Positions 1-14,834 of a stretch of DNA of 64,000 nt are shown piece by piece (within the stretch, counting starts at the first letter, position 1; the number at the start of each line of letters is the position of its first letter). Under the pieces are notes generated by a model, which made no database searches, was not told the DNA's origin, and saw only the letters and a program-made list of their open reading frames with translations. Both the position numbers and the translations under genes were made by a program. The stretch comes from Marsupella aquatica (taxonomy: Eukaryota > Plantae > Marchantiophyta), in assembly GCA_973895155.1 (NCBI GenBank), contig OZ316895.1:16968170-17032169 (forward strand), in the 5' to 3' direction.

Positions 1-579
1 CAGGATCTAAGCTAAGGTTCCCTGCCTCAGCTAATCTACTCCATGAATTGAAATGCGCACTACTGATGCACTAAGTATTTTGCGGATCGAGTACCAAATA
101 ACTTCTCTATCCACCTATTGATAATTGTGCAAGTGCAGGACCGGGGATTAATTATGTCGAGTAAACTCTTTTTCTTGAGATGAACTCAACCAAGACAAGC
201 TCCTGAGTGACGACATGCATCAAATTATAGCTCCAAACATGAACACACCCGTCTGTTCCTGCTGCAGACAGAGAATCACAGTTTGGGAGGGGTTTTCACG
301 TGGTCGTTGCTGTACTCTGTCCGAGTCTCGACATCGCCTGCATCTTGAGGACAGTAGGATCTGCTCAGCTCAGCTCCAAGGAAACGTATCTGGACGATGA
401 GTCGTGTTCATTGGTTTTGTCCATAATGAATGAAACCAAGCAGACAAATCTACGATTCTACCCTGCGAATAGGTCAAGTACCCAATCGAAGGTACAACAG
501 AGCCGCCCAAGTGCTAGCTAAACTCTAATAAACTAATAGACTCTCTCACTCTCTACTCTCTACCCCGAAGCCCTGCCCA

Positions 580-1230
580 ACTTCATCCGATCTATTAATG
601 GAGGCAATCCACTCCGTCTGCTGGGTCTTCTCTTGATTGCAATTGATTGACAAACGATAGAAGGTCGGAGTCGCATAGGTACTATCATATTCTCGAATGA
701 AATATGACCCCGAATCCCTTCCCAATTTCTTCTGATTAATTAATGGAGGCAATCCACTTCGTTAGTCTGCTGGGTCTTCTCTTGATTGCAATTAATCGAG
801 AAAAGAGAGAATGTGGGAGTCTCATGGGTACTCTCATCGTCTCCAATGAAATATGACCCCGGATCGTACCCAAATTTATCTGATCCATTAGGGGAGTAAA
901 TCCACTTCGTTAGTCTGCTGGGTCTTCTCTTGATTGCAATTAATCGAGAAAAGATAGAAGGTGGGAGTCTCATAGGTACTCTCATCGTCTCGAATGAAAT
1001 ACGACCCCGAATCCGTACCCAATTTTATCTGATCCATTACGGGAGTAAATCCACTTCGTTAAGACTGCTGGCCGGGTCTTCTCTAGACTCTTGATTGCAA
1101 TTAATTGACAAAAGATAGAAGGTGGGAGTCTCATGGGTACTCTCATCTTCTCGAATAGAATATGCCGTACCCAATTTCATCTGATCCGTTAATGGAGTAA
1201 ATCCACTTCTTTGTCTGCTGAGTCTTCTTT
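580..1230. repeat. Tandem repeat, about 5 copies of a 145-152 bp unit
   Basis: ATCCAC..GTCTGCTGGGTCTTCTCTTGATTGCAATT recurs at about 607, 752, 900, 1049 and 1201. The period is not a multiple of 3, so it is probably non-coding. Confidence 0.9.
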
Positions 1231-1737
1231 AATTGTCTGCTGAGTCTTCTTTGTCTCAGAGTCTCGACTAAAACATGACACAAACGTCCATCTGGTGCCC
1301 GATTACTGATGGAAAACAACATTTAGCGAAGCCGATCGAGCTATGGCAGTTCTAAATAATGATAGATTGCTAGTCTAGCGCAAGACAGTATTGCATGCAC
1401 AATCAATCATGATGTTCCTTGGATCAATTGTTAGTAATTCGGGCATCCAAAAGTAGTGCAACTTCTTTTCCCACCCTTTTAATTAAAGTACTGGTTTCTG
1501 TTGAAGGTGTACGCCTGTCTCTCGTTCCGTAGTAGTACTTCATGTTTCAACACTCGATATTCCATGCTTTTCACGACCACCCTGCCTCTTCTTTCTGTTT
1601 GGAATGATTTAAGAAGACTCTTACTTTAATGGTCCAAATAATATAAGGAGCACTTTAGAATAGGTCCGCCGCCCCAGTCTGCAAAGTCTGTTACCTCAGA
1701 TGAAATGAATCTCCACAGTTGATTTGCATTGCCGGGG

Positions 1738-1845
1738 CTAGTTAGGAGGAGGTATATGCTTGATGGACCGGCCAAAGTGATAAGTGTTACTTGATGGCAC
1801 CCCTAAGTGATCCAGAAGGTTGGTAAACCTTGAAATTATGTGCCC
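1738..1845 (+). repeat. Dispersed repeat, diverged copy of 13145-13250
   Basis: Colinear blocks TGCTTGATGG / GTGTTACTTGA / AAGTGATCCAG / ACCTTGAA are shared with 13145-13250; likely an old non-autonomous TE end. Confidence 0.55.
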
Positions 1846-4800
1846 AAAAACTCAGGGGTCCCATTTAGTAACACTATGTTGGGGTCCATAAAGCAAACAC
1901 CTCCTATGCACTCTATAGAAAGTGCTCTGGCAACTTTTGTTATGGGAACGACTGAACCTAAATGCACCCTGGTTTGGGCAGTTTTCTGCCGACATGGCAA
2001 TCTCAATCGGGCGAAAGAGTGTCATCTTCCGCCCACTTTATCCCCCTGCTCTTTCATCATTCCTGCCTTGGTAGCAGGCCTGGAAAACTAGTTGCACATG
2101 AAAACCTGGAGATGCACCCTTAGTTAAAACCATACAAACTGCCACGGACTTCTTCTAATTAAACTGCTCGTTAGTGATGCTTATCTCATTATTGGCTAGC
2201 AGTATTTTGGCGGTCAGCTCATGTCATGCCATAGTAGCAATATGGTTCTCACAGAATACTACTACTAGGCTGGAAAAATGTGGAAAAATATGGAAAATAT
2301 GGAGGCAGTTTAGGGAAGTGAGGAAAAAATTGAATTCAGACAAGATACCCTGTAAAACCTTTTCTGTTGGCAGTAATTTTCTAGATCACCACTGTCTTAT
2401 TTATTAGAGCCAGAAACAGAAACCATGCTCCAAGAGCTTCAATTTTTTCTCCAGTTTAAAAACAGGGTATTTTGCCCATGAACCCAAGAATGGGGCAATA
2501 AGGTCCATTGCCAGTGTCAGGCCTTTCTATGAACCTCCACAATTTTTTGCCTAGAAAAAAGGTCCAACCAAATAATTGAAGTCTCTACTGTAGCATTAAA
2601 ATTATCCTTAAAATGCAGCCACAACAAACCCAATTCTAGGAACAACCAGCTCCTCTACTATTAAAGGGAACTGGTTCACTAGAAGAATGTAGAGGGCATA
2701 AGAAACAAAAACCCTCCCATACAGGCTGTATTAATAGGTAGTATCCCACCATTGGTTGTAACATTAGCACTCACAAGTGCCACGGAGTTTGAAACAAAGG
2801 CCATGATTACAAATAATATCGGATGGACTAAAATTGGAAACTGCCATGTTCACCATTGCTCGAGTTCTTTGCAGATTGCCATGTTCACTATCGCCCGAGT
2901 TCATTGTGGCATAGGAAGAGATGGGAGCAGTGAGGATATAATGGCAGCAAATGCGAGGGAAAGAGACATGGTATCAGCAAGATGACAACTATCACCCAAA
3001 GATTTTCATTTTGGGGTGTAAGAGGGATCTCCTGCAAAACCCCATATGAAAGCAGGATGTGTCATTTTGAAGACTAACAAGAACCGGCAAGCTCCATTCC
3101 AGTAAGGCAAAGTGAGCAAGAATTCATAACTCTTTCTTGATGGTATGAAAGTAAAGACAATGGAGAGAGAAAAAGTCCAAAAAAGTTTCTGAGTTGTACA
3201 ACAAGTTCAGTTCAATCACAGCAGCATTGAATGTAAAGATTGGGTCACAAAGACGATCATCCAGCAGCAATCTCAACATCTTATAATTCTCCTGATTGGC
3301 TGGCCATGAAGTCCCTTTTGCCTCCTTGTGACTTTGCTCAGAGTATCACTCCAACCTGACACCTGCTCAAAGATCTAATGCCAAGGTTTGCACTCATGGA
3401 GTGTGGAATTAGTCCGAGGCGGCTATTTCAATTGTGCCCCAAACAATGTGTGAGGTCTAGCCCATGGCGGCCCGGTTAGCCAGTAACGTTCGGAATTGCA
3501 GGCCCGCCTTGAAATATAATCAAAGGGCGAGAAGATAACGATGCAGGCTCGTAATTTGGAAAGATGGAAAGTGAGGTACCATGTACTTGACGTGACTGTC
3601 AAGCGCAATGCACACGTTATGTGAGCATTAATTTCGAGCGGGAGTTGGCTCGTACAGTCCAGGAACTGCACCCCTCAACGACCAGATAATGATTGAAGGT
3701 CCAACAACTAAGACCATTTGCCGCCCAATTCTGACATCTCAAAAAGTGATGAAGAAATAGGTACTAGCAGTCCCTGGGGAAGGCAGGGTTAGATTGAAAA
3801 TCACCGAATAGTTATTCGTGGAGATAGGTGATCATCATGCTAAGACTACATTGACATTCCTTTTTTTTTGTTTCTTGATGCGACAAAGATTTTGTGACCA
3901 TATTAAGGTACGGCTCGCTTGGCAGTCGGGGGCAAAATTCTTATTGTTTGGGGTGTTGTGCATTTGAAGAACCTTGTCCATATTCTACTTCATTCAGTCT
4001 CTCTGTGACAAGAGCTGTGCATTTCACTGGAAGTGGACGATCGCCATTTCCGTCACCCTCTGTTGGTTTATTTTCATGAACGAAAGTGCAATTCCTTCAG
4101 CCGGTTGTGGAGGATGGAAGGTGGGTGACCACTGCATTGAACGATGGTAGGGATATTGGATGTCATATACAATACTATCCGGTCGGGCTAACAGAAGCAC
4201 CTTAAGTGTAAGGTGCGTTTCAAGCTAATGAAATATTATGAACGATTCGCAAGGAAATCCTCCAACGTAAGTCATACTCTGCCGCAAGGGACGTAGACCA
4301 TGGTTGGTTGTTCTAACATTTTTTCAGCTCTCCATAATTTTGGAAAGACTAAAGCTCCCAAGTATGGTCATGCTTATAACAAAAAAACCAGTTTGGGCAG
4401 CCATTGAAAAACGCAAAATTCCCAGACACCTGCAGAATGGGTGAATAGTGAACTTAACGACAGATACACTGTACCTCGGAACTTTGCTTCCAACATCAAA
4501 TCTATCAGTTTAAACGAGCTCGATTACCAATTTCAAGAACAAAATCTGCTTCAAGAGAAGTTACCGACATATGTAAAACGCAAAGAATTGGCACATAATG
4601 ACAGAAATAAAACGAAACCCTAAGGTTTTACTGAGGCTATGCATGCCAGGAGGTTAAGTAAATCCATCATGTACCTGATTACTGAGGCCACTCCACCAAT
4701 AGGATAGAATCAATTTTGAGCTCCTAGGTTTGAACTTTCACACCCTTGGATCTCTTTTAGCTCATGATCCAAGAATCACTTTCCTTTAAATTGTTCGTAA

Positions 4801-5610
4801 CATAACTTTTACAAACACTCACCTAAACAATTTGGTTCAGGTCCACGAGTGAATGGTGCATTTCCCCAGGACGAAGAAAAACCTGGCGGCCACAAACTGC
4901 TCTGATCCAGATCTTTGCAGCAAAGAATGAGATCCGCAACTAAATTGACAAAACTTGTAGCATCATGATTGTGCTCCACTTCTAAATTCCAAATCACAAT
5001 TTTCTCACCTTGACAGATAAATCACCTAACTATTAATAAGGGCTCGATTCAACCCCTCCCTGAATTGTTTCCATCCCCGTGGTGTTCCACCGACAAACGC
5101 TTCCAAGCAATGCTTCACTTGAAGCACGTGGACAAAGGATTCATTAAAACTTATGGCTGGAGAGAGACTTGTACTCCAGCAACTTCATTGTGAGCAACGA
5201 TCGGTTACATGTTTGAATACCAAGCAGATTTGTCGAGGTAGGATTCACAAATGCTAGTATCAGTCTTGAGGCGTATTCTTCGCCTTGTAGCGAAGAAATG
5301 TTCCAAGAGTCACCCTGTCAACCAAATCTTGTCTTGTTTGTACTGGTAACCAAGTGCGCAAGGCAAGAGGTTCACCTGAGCATTGAGTGAATCATCTATT
5401 ATACTTGAATGCTGCCCCATACTTCTCAGCCAATTTCCCAGTAGAACCCCAATCAAGTTTGTTGAGTCCGTGCCACGCTTTCACAGACAAACGGAGCAAG
5501 AACGCCAAATAATGCGCCAATGAGGATAGTAGATTGGCTATGAAAGTAGACTCGAGAAGACTTGCAGTAGTTTCTTCGGAAACTGAAGCCAGTCATTTGT
5601 GTCATCAATT

Positions 5611-8600
5611 TCACCTTCCCTGGGATTTTTTCTTGTCTGGCCCTTTTGTTTGAAGTTTGTCTTCGACCTGTTCTTCATGCCCCTTATCAGTTTTCAATGT
5701 TTTATCCTTCACGCTGCTGCCCAGCTTGCCTCCCACCTTTGAGCCCGACCCATCTAAAGAATGTTCATTTCCAGTTCCGTCTAAATTCGAACTCCCTATT
5801 TGAGGGCTTTTCTCTAACGTATCATCAACCTTTAACTTCGTGCCTTGCTTTGTAGCATCATCGTCACTCGTCCCTAAATTCCCATTACTGTCAGTCACTT
5901 TTCCGGTATCGGCAGTTTGGTGAGGTTCTGTGCTTGCAACTTCTTGCTCCTTGGCCAGATTTGCTGGATGGTTTTTCAAAGCACCATCAATTTCTTCAGT
6001 GGCAGCTCCAGCAGAAACGAATTTCTCCAATGCCGCATCCAGTAAGTCCTTCCATGAGGACAATCCCACTTTGTACTGTTTATACAACAAGAGAAAAGAA
6101 TGAGACTTTATTCAAAAAAGTAAGTGAGGTTCAGTTCTCAACCTCTTAAAGCACAACCTGATGGCAACCACACAACGAAGCTTGGGTACATCACATGTTT
6201 CTCCGACCACACAAGCAAACTACAAAATTATTTCAAGATGAGATATATCAGGTAGCTTTCCAAAGCAGGCGGGGTGCCTACTAGGCTGAAATCTTCCTGA
6301 TATTCCAGCATCAGTAATTACGACAATTCAAACCCTCCTAACATTCTGGCATCAGTCGTAAAGACGCGTACCTCCACTTGAGAGTGCTCAAAAAGCACAT
6401 TGCCCCAAAACAAATTGATTTGAGATCTCATGGCTGCGCCCTGTTCCGCAGCTTCTGCAACAGCACTTTCCTCAGTGGGTTCAGGCTTTGCGTGTTCCTT
6501 CCTTGATTTTGAAACGGCATCCACTTGAGCTCCTTGTTGCTGAGCCTCCAGTTGATCCCACATCTGTTCAGCCATCCCAAACAGATTAGAAAGACGAGTT
6601 CTCCTCCAGGATTCCTCCAGAGTCAGATCTACAAGGCCCTACTGTCTTAACTCTTCCGAAGGAGCCTCATTCGATCTGGCGACCATTCCTAACCATCTGG
6701 ATCATTCTTTTTTGTCTCGTCACTTAGGTTTAGCCCGGAACAAGCTTCATTTATTTCCAACGTGACTGAAGTGTAGCAAACCTTAAAACTTGCATCAGCA
6801 CACAACCCGAAGCTGAGTCTTAAGAGCCACACTACTAAAATAATTACCTCAGCGGCAGTCTTCATTCTTTCTTCTGCAAAACGAAATAAACTCAGGGTTT
6901 CGGCGGAATCCCAAGTCTTCAAATCAACACCACCCGCGACAGCTGCTGCCCACTGCAGCTTGGCGCTCTCAAATTTCTCCTGTCCCAGTGCTAGAACACC
7001 CTGCCAAATAATGCTGTAGGTAAGTATGCCTCCTAAGGACTTAAACGTACAATAGAGATTCCAGTATGATGGATTCCTCCAAGAAAATGAACTAAGTCCG
7101 TTTATCATTAGTGAATATGGGACCACACAAGGTATGGCTGAACAGCTGCCTTCCATGATTGCATTCTTGAAGAAAAACGACCTAGTCCCAAAATTAACCG
7201 CTGGCTAGAATCCAGGATCCAAACTGGGACATACGCCATGGTTATACAATTCTCCGCGTATGGGGAGAAGCACATATCCTAGGATACTTCAGAAACGTAC
7301 CTCATAAAAATCTGGCTTGATTTTCAAAGCTTCCTCATATTTTTGTCCTGCTAGCTTGTAGTGCCCTCGGGCCCATTCAAAAGCTGCTTGCAACTGTTCT
7401 TTGGAGTCTGTCTTTCCTCCTGCTTCTTCGGTAGGCATCCTCTTCCGTGCAGCGCACATATAGACATTTCCCCAATTGAAGAGTGCCAATGCAGCCTAAA
7501 ATGGACAAGTACCAATTAGAAAACACAAGTTCAAAGACGAAAAACCAGCCGACGTGATGAGATCCAGACCATCTCTAAGCAATAACTTTCAGTCCGAGAA
7601 TATGACTCTTCACAACGCTAGGATGTCTAAATGTCGAAACCTAGATCGAAACTCGGATGCAACCTAGCAATGAGAATTGTGCCAAGGATCGAAAGTAAGG
7701 CATTAGTAGGACCGTACCACTTCTTGAAACTTGGCTGCGGCAGCCTCAAATAGAGGCTGTGCCTCTTCACTTGTCACAGCTGCCTCAAGTGCCTCCGAGC
7801 ATAGTTCCATGCCCAGCTCATGGAAATCAACATGTCCATCAGGATCAATTCCTGTAGAAATTGGTGAGACGGATTGATTGCATTCTAGTACATGGCTATG
7901 GAATGTTCTAAAAACTGAAGTGGTACAGCTGATTCTATCGACTACATGACGATCATAGCTTTTCAGCAGCAGCTTCAGATAATGTCATTGAGAACAATCT
8001 AGGTTGGCGGCTGGCAGTGCCACTCTATGATAGAAAGAGTACAAAGAAGCTCTGCGAACATGAAAGACATACCTACTTGATAACTCATCCCCATTTTAGA
8101 AAAAGGACAAACAGAACCCCCATAGATATATCATCCTCGGAATCTATGGGGTGTTCAGGAAAAATATCTCACCAACATGGGTACGGAACAATTGAGCAAA
8201 GTCAAACAGCCAGTCATCAATCTCCATCTCCTCCCCAGCTGGCTGCCCATCGTCTTTCTTCACTGACTTATTTGTTTTATCTTCGGATATTTCTTCTCCA
8301 ACTTCTGGAGGATCAACTGCACTGACTACTAAGCTCTTATCTTTATCTACAGTGTCTTCCTCAGCTGGATCCTCGTCTTCAGAAATGTCTTCCGTTGTGT
8401 CCACCACCTCATCATCCTCAGGAACTGGCGGCTCTTGCTCAGGGCTGACTTCAACTATGTGCAACCTCAAAAGCTCAAGTGAGCTTTTGCTTCGCTGAAC
8501 TTGCAACTTATCCACCGTTCTAGAACCTTCTGGAATGCTCTCATCTATTGGAACTTCAGATATTAACAGACTCTTAGCCATCTCTGCTGATTCGAACTCT

Positions 8601-10986
8601 GCCTCAGCTAACCGAAGCTCCTCTCTGCTGGTAATTGTTACTAGGTCTCCCTGTTCAGGATTCTGAGTTAGGACAAGGAAAGTACAGGCACCAAGATTGA
8701 ATCGAACTGAAAGTCTTCTGGTCCTAAGTAGACGATGGGAAATGAGAGTACGGATAAGAGAGTGAATTGATTTGTAAGAAAGAGCACCTCTGGATCTTGA
8801 TATTTTATGAGAGCAGCTTTCAATGCAGGAAATCTCTTCCGAACAACCTCCCTCAGTTGACCAAACCTACAAGTAAGAGCGCTGTCTGTCAGTGCAAGCA
8901 CAGGCATCAAACCATTAATGCGATTTCAAAGAGATTAAATCATGCAGAAACTGCACTTATAAATCACAAAAGGTGGAAATCAAAGATGAGCAATTCGCAT
9001 TATTTAAGTTGCGTAGTCCTCACCCAGAATTGATGGGGATTTCAGCCCGCCTGATATCATGCCCGAAGATGAGCTTTAATGGCCTCATTGGTAGTTTCCC
9101 GTCTGCTTCTGGCTCTGCGCTCTTTTTTGCCACCTTTCCATCGTTTAAACTAACCGCACTGCCTACTTGACTAGCATTTCCTTCCATAACTTTTGTTTGA
9201 GATGCATTGGATATTGCTGATGACGATGGAGACCCGTCCTCTCCACCTGTGCGTAAAGTAACTTGTGGGTCAACATTGGACCGTCCTTTCTTCTTATTCC
9301 CAGGCCTGGCCGGAAGGGATGGCCCTCTGCCACCTTGATCAGGAGAATTGTCTGCTCCAGGAGTCGCAGTAGCGTTTGCAGAGTCTTCAGAAATTGTGCC
9401 CAAAGGGACAGAGGATCGCCTCTGCGTATCCTGCTGTGCTTGTTCCTTGTTCCCAAGAGCTATTCTCAATCGCTTTCCCAGTTCCAAAGCATCTTGATTA
9501 TTGGATTCTGACTGCAGTTTGTCACGTTGGTGTCAGGAGGGCAAGATAAATATTCTTTGAGCAAAACAGGTTTGATATCTAGGAATCAGAGGGCCGTACT
9601 CAAAAGAGAGACGAATCACCATACGTCCTCTCTGATAACATTTGTATATGAGAGCCCTACCAAAGCTACTCTCTGTTCAGGAGAAAAGACTTGCTCTTCA
9701 AACTTCAATCCCCATTGGCTATTAGCCTATACGCAAGTAATCTGGTCACATAGTTCTTTCAGTAAAATAAATAGTTGGCTCTTCCTCTTCGCAAATAAGA
9801 TGATCTTATAATACTTTGCAGTGGAAACGACAGCTAGCATACGTACAACATGGGCACCGACATTGTTAAAGGCTGATGAAACTGTCAACATAGGTTGGTA
9901 TATTCGTTGTGAGATTCTATAACGCTCAATTGTAAATTTTGACCGTGGAAAAGGACAAAATCTTCTATCTTCTCTCCGGCATTTCCAGTCATTAATCATT
10001 TCCACGTCGAAAACAAATAGGTTGCGTGATCAAAGCATCGTCTGTTAAACTCCAACTGGCACTGCGATGCTCCTGGAAGAGAACTATAATGAAGCTTACC
10101 TGGAGGAGAGTTTCCACATCAGAGAGAGCCAATTGCAATTTGCTCATTGCCTCATATGCTCGAGCTCGACGGAACAACGCTTTCCCAAACTTTGGATGAG
10201 CTTCGAGGGCCAGTGTGCACTCATGTACAACATTTTCATAATTCACTGGTTTTACTTGCAGAAGGCAAGCAGCTCGATTGCTGCAAGAAACAGAGGATCA
10301 ATTCCTCAGGCATGCCTCCGCTTAATTATTAACAAGACAACTCAGGTCTGTAAACTCTAAACCATTTTTTCAGATGACCAAGCGATCTTCTCGTGCATGT
10401 GTTTCTCTCTGCCAGCAAGGCCTCTGTCACTGTCTGAAAGAGAAAGGAACCTGAAAATTGGCAATGACATAGTCTGATGGTAGAATAATGTGCTTATGAC
10501 TAACTGAAATCCGCAATCATGTTCTGCATTGGGGTAGACACAGTTTAAATGAGACGCACGAACTAGTTGCTAGGATAGAAAATCCGATATCCTACTGAAG
10601 TTCCTAAATTACATAGTCTTTACAAATAAGTTAGCAAGCATTCCTACCTGTAAAACACAGCCCTGTCCGGATGGCCTTCAGGTGTTAATTTGAGGGCCTG
10701 GTCATAGATATCCATGGCCCCGGCATAATCTTTCGCTTGAAAACGCCTATTTCCTTCATCTTTGAGTTCATGAGCCCTCTTGAGAAACACCTGCCAGTTT
10801 TGAAGAGTTAGTTTAGGTTTTATTTATCGGTCGGATAAACTTGAACTCCGGCTTGCATGAAGAGTAAATATCGAATTTGCTTAACCATGGCAGAGAGGAT
10901 CATACCGCGTCATCAGGGTCAAGCTTGGTAGAGCCTTCACCTGAGGCCACATTTGCCTTTTTCTTCCTACCACCCGACTTCCCCAT
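5611..10986 (-). CDS. CLMP1: CLMP1/PHOX-family TPR + PB1 domain co-chaperone (about 11 coding exons)
   Basis: ATG at 10986 directly after a CAG acceptor gives [13 protein letters not shown] exons: [61 protein letters not shown]1: [30 protein letters not shown]-terminal exons: [70 protein letters not shown] introns; stop at 5611-5613. Confidence 0.93.
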
Positions 10987-12790
10987 CTGCAGCAAACAAA
11001 TTCCATTCGCGAATAAATTCAACAGTCAAGATACTTCTTTCGTTTATCAGAAATTTTGGAAAAGGCGCCGGTGAAGTATAGATGCAATTCAGATTATTCT
11101 CCGGTGCAGCCAAATCGAATCTCAGATCAGTATCCTATGCATCATGATGACAGACTACTTCCCCTGTTACGAATCCTAGCCCCCTCCGCCCATTTTGAAA
11201 TGCTGTTGACGAAATCCTCGTCTACTGTGGTTCGTCCTCTCTTTCTCAACTCTTGGGATCCTTATATAGCAAGTTGATATCTGAAATTGTTCAAAACCAA
11301 GAGTCCATCTGGGACATTGAACCGCTGGCCAATCCTTATCATGTGGAAGAGTGTCCCGCGGAATTGGTTGACAGACACACTTCTCGCGGAACCCAAAATT
11401 CCATGTCTAGTTCATTCAGACGTTAACTACCACTAGAGAAACCAGTCAGCAAGAAATATAGAGCTAAACTTGCGTCAGCTCCCGTCCAACCCGTTCACAA
11501 CGAAGGACAGAACTCATCAATAGGAGCTGATATGCGTTGCACTGTCCAACACTGTAGGGGGAGTGGAAACACGCGCGGCACAACTACCACAGGTTTCCAA
11601 ACATTCAGTGAAAAAACAAGTTCGTTCCAAAATTACAACTTAAGATAAGAGGAACGCTCATTCCGAATATTCGTCAAAGATTAGTCAGTGCCGGTCGGCT
11701 TAAATTCCTCGAACCTCAAATTCAAGTTCAGCAGGTGTGAAAAACTGCTTGCGCGGATTCTGTAAACAAACTCAAGCCGCAAAACAAGAAGATAGTCGGG
11801 TGACCATGACCATCCTTGCCTTGAAGCCTCGCTTTGAAGCTGCATGAGGCATCAGTGTGCCCATCGGCGCTTGACGGCACAAACGACGAAGGATCATACT
11901 AGGCGTAATATAAACTTGCCAACCCAGCCTGATTTTCAAGACAACCTAAGACCCCAGAGGTGCATGCGAGGGCTTGGGAGTACACACTCGTCGACTGCCT
12001 ACTACGAAGCGGATTCCATACCAGCACTGGCATTCCCCAAAAATCCTTATCCCCGCGGCTTTAGGCCGTCGATGTGGCTGACAATGGAAGATGCCAATGA
12101 CAGGCAAAGCTATCAGGCAGTCTGGAGGCCGTGCTAGAGAGAGTACTCTGCCCCATTTTCGACCAATGCAATCTAAATCACACCTCAAAATAATTGAAGC
12201 AGTGAAAGAGCCACGCTACGCATTTCAGCAAAGCGCCGACAGCCTGAAACCCAATCCTATGCCACAAGACTAAAACCTACTACGGTGCACTAGAAGAAGC
12301 ATCCTCAGCAAAGGTCCCAGAAATCCATGCGTGAAGCATTTTCTTACCCGGAAGCCGGATACGGACCCACGCTGCCTGCGACAGCAGTCGCTACTACACT
12401 TCCTCTTTCTCTTTCTCCTCCTCCTCCCGCCGCTTCTGCTGAACACCACTCGTCGCCACTTCTGCTGAACTCTGTGTCTCTGAACGAATCTCCCCTCCGA
12501 ATGAGTTCGCTCGCCACAAACAAAGACCGTAGCCGCTCCACCGAGCTCTCAAAACATGGCACAAGCGACTCACAACACGAGACAGAACAGAACCGAGGCG
12601 CGAGAGCAGGGCAAAATCAGAAATGGAAGCGAAGAAGGCGAACAAGCATCACCAACATCACCACCACCACCACCACAACACCAACGAGAGATGAATCAAG
12701 CAAAGCACCCTCCGCCTCCCCTCCCTCGCTCCTCAGTCACTCGTGAGGCTGCTAAAACCCCGAATGGCTGAATTCCCTTATCTCCCAGAA
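10987..12790 (-). other. 5' UTR of the CLMP1-like gene: UTR exon (about 12348-12790) plus a 1.36-kb intron (10987-12347)
   Basis: Donor CGG|GTAAG at 12347 and acceptor TTTGCTGCAG immediately before the ATG; GA/GGT-rich, CpG-rich leader. The TSS position is approximate. Confidence 0.65.
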
Positions 12791-13144
12791 TCCGTGTCCA
12801 TCACTCGGTGAGGCATTTGAAATTCGCAGAGGTATAGAGTATAGGGCTACGCGACATCACTACAGTAAAGTACAAATACAGTCGATCCCAAAGCTACAGT
12901 AGAGTACGCGACTGTGCGCGAGGTGTACGACGGATTGGATGGGAGGCTACAGTTCCTACTACCGAGCTCGTGGCTGCCGACGACGCTCCTCAACCCCACC
13001 TCAACCCCCCATTTACGTCCTCTGTTTATTATTAAGTCTCAACTCAACCAAACGTCCTGACCAGGGTAAATTGGCTGAACTATAGTTCAATTGAAGTGAT
13101 GGGCGCCTAAACATGGGCCCAGCCAGCATTATGGGATTACTTTG

Positions 13145-13250
13145 CTAGTTCACCAAGTGATTTGCTTGATGGTATCCCAAAATGAAATGTGTTACTTGAA
13201 AGGATCTCCAAGTGATCCAGATAGTTGATTTACCTTGAATCAATGTACTC
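13145..13250 (+). repeat. Dispersed repeat, diverged copy of 1738-1845
   Basis: Same colinear blocks as 1738-1845. Confidence 0.55.
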
Positions 13251-14834
13251 TGCTACTAGGACGCTCAAGTTCAAATATAGTCTGAAAATGTGTTCTACGG
13301 CCATCTTCGGGCCCCTAACACTTCTACTGAAATCAAGTCCACCCAATTTACCTGGGTCAGGACATTGGGTTAAGTTGAGACTAGGGTTGTTCAGCACTAC
13401 TAGGGTGTCTCAAAGCTTTGTAATCTCTGAATGAAGGTTACCTGTGTGTAACCATTTTTGCAGGTATCTGCTATTCTCATAATGTCTTGCCGGGAAATAT
13501 TCTGGATAGTGATAACTTACTAAAATGGAGGTCAGTAGGCAGGGGTTGTAGATTGAACCCTGTTCCAAGAAAGCTCAGAAAAGCTTCCCGGCTGTCACCT
13601 ATCAAATTTTCTTCACTTTCTAGTCCACACCAATGTTATCCTATACATAGTTAGGGATGATGGTTTTTGGCCATAAACAAATGGCCAATAGCTTTCCACT
13701 AGCAATTTTGACCAATCTTTATTGCAAAACCTTGGAATGCATTTTCTGAACATAACCTTAACCACTAAGTTAAGGTCCATCAAATTTGATCAAGGTTTGA
13801 GACCCCTATGTGCAGAAATTGATTATGACCCATGATTCATTGGGATGTAGAGAAATGTTGCCCAAACTCTTCCCTACATGCCATTTCATTGCTGGCAGTG
13901 TTTCCAAAAGAGGGAGAGTTGTTGGAGGGTCCGTGAGGTAAAGCCAAAGAGTTTTAAGGAAGGAGAAATAACTAAACCACATCTTCAAGATACAGGACGG
14001 TCATATCCCCGGTCCTATCTTTACACAGTTAACTATACATACACATACCTAATATAACATACACAGTTTTAGGCTTGCTTCATAAGATATTCATATCTTA
14101 TTTTATCTACAATGACATAGAGCAAACTAGCAACCTCGTTTGCAATAATAATGATTCCATATTTTTGTGTTCATGAGATCTAGACGATGAAAAGATACTT
14201 CTATGTTCATGAGATCTTTACAGTCAAAAATATTTCCCCATAATATCTCTTTCATATCAAATAACTTAGTCTACATCAACCGGTTGTCCCTAGTACCTGT
14301 TGTGATGGTTCAAATCACAATCATAGTTGCATGCGCAGTGTATGTTTTAATATAATATTTGTTCATGGTAGCTTGTTATGTAAGGAATTGTTAATCCCTT
14401 TTGCCCTGGTACCTGCCTTACACAATGCACACCACACCTTGACATGGAAAGTGGGTTTAATCTGTCGGCAAGCATGCAATTGTTAGTAGAATTTCTGATA
14501 ATAGAGACACATGTGGGTAGGGATCCAAAAAATGATAAAGAAAACATATTTAAAAGGATATACCATAAAATGAGGGTTGACTTAGTCATAGGCAAAGTTA
14601 CATGTGTTCCTGAGGAATTGTAGCAAAGATTCTCAATCAATCAGAAGGTGGTTCATCACATTCCCATTGTCGGTCTGAATATCTGAATATGTCTTTGGTA
14701 GAAGGATGAACACCAAGGTAACAAGGATTGTCATGCTACAAGCCAGGGGTGTGGAAGGTCATTCTTATATCCTAAAGATTGAAGATCCCACAACCATGGA
14801 TATTGGTAAATGCTCCATTTGTCTAGACTACTTG

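Noticed and set aside
546-985. Repeat-encoded minus-strand peptides
   Set aside because: Unit lengths (145-152 bp) break the frame.
2678-2688. CACTAGAAGAA matches at about 2678 and 12288
   Set aside because: 11-bp matches without subterminal repeats or a partner end; likely chance.
12327-12771. Plus-strand 139-aa ORF and overlapping ORFs
   Set aside because: Low-complexity antisense of the CLMP1 5' UTR.
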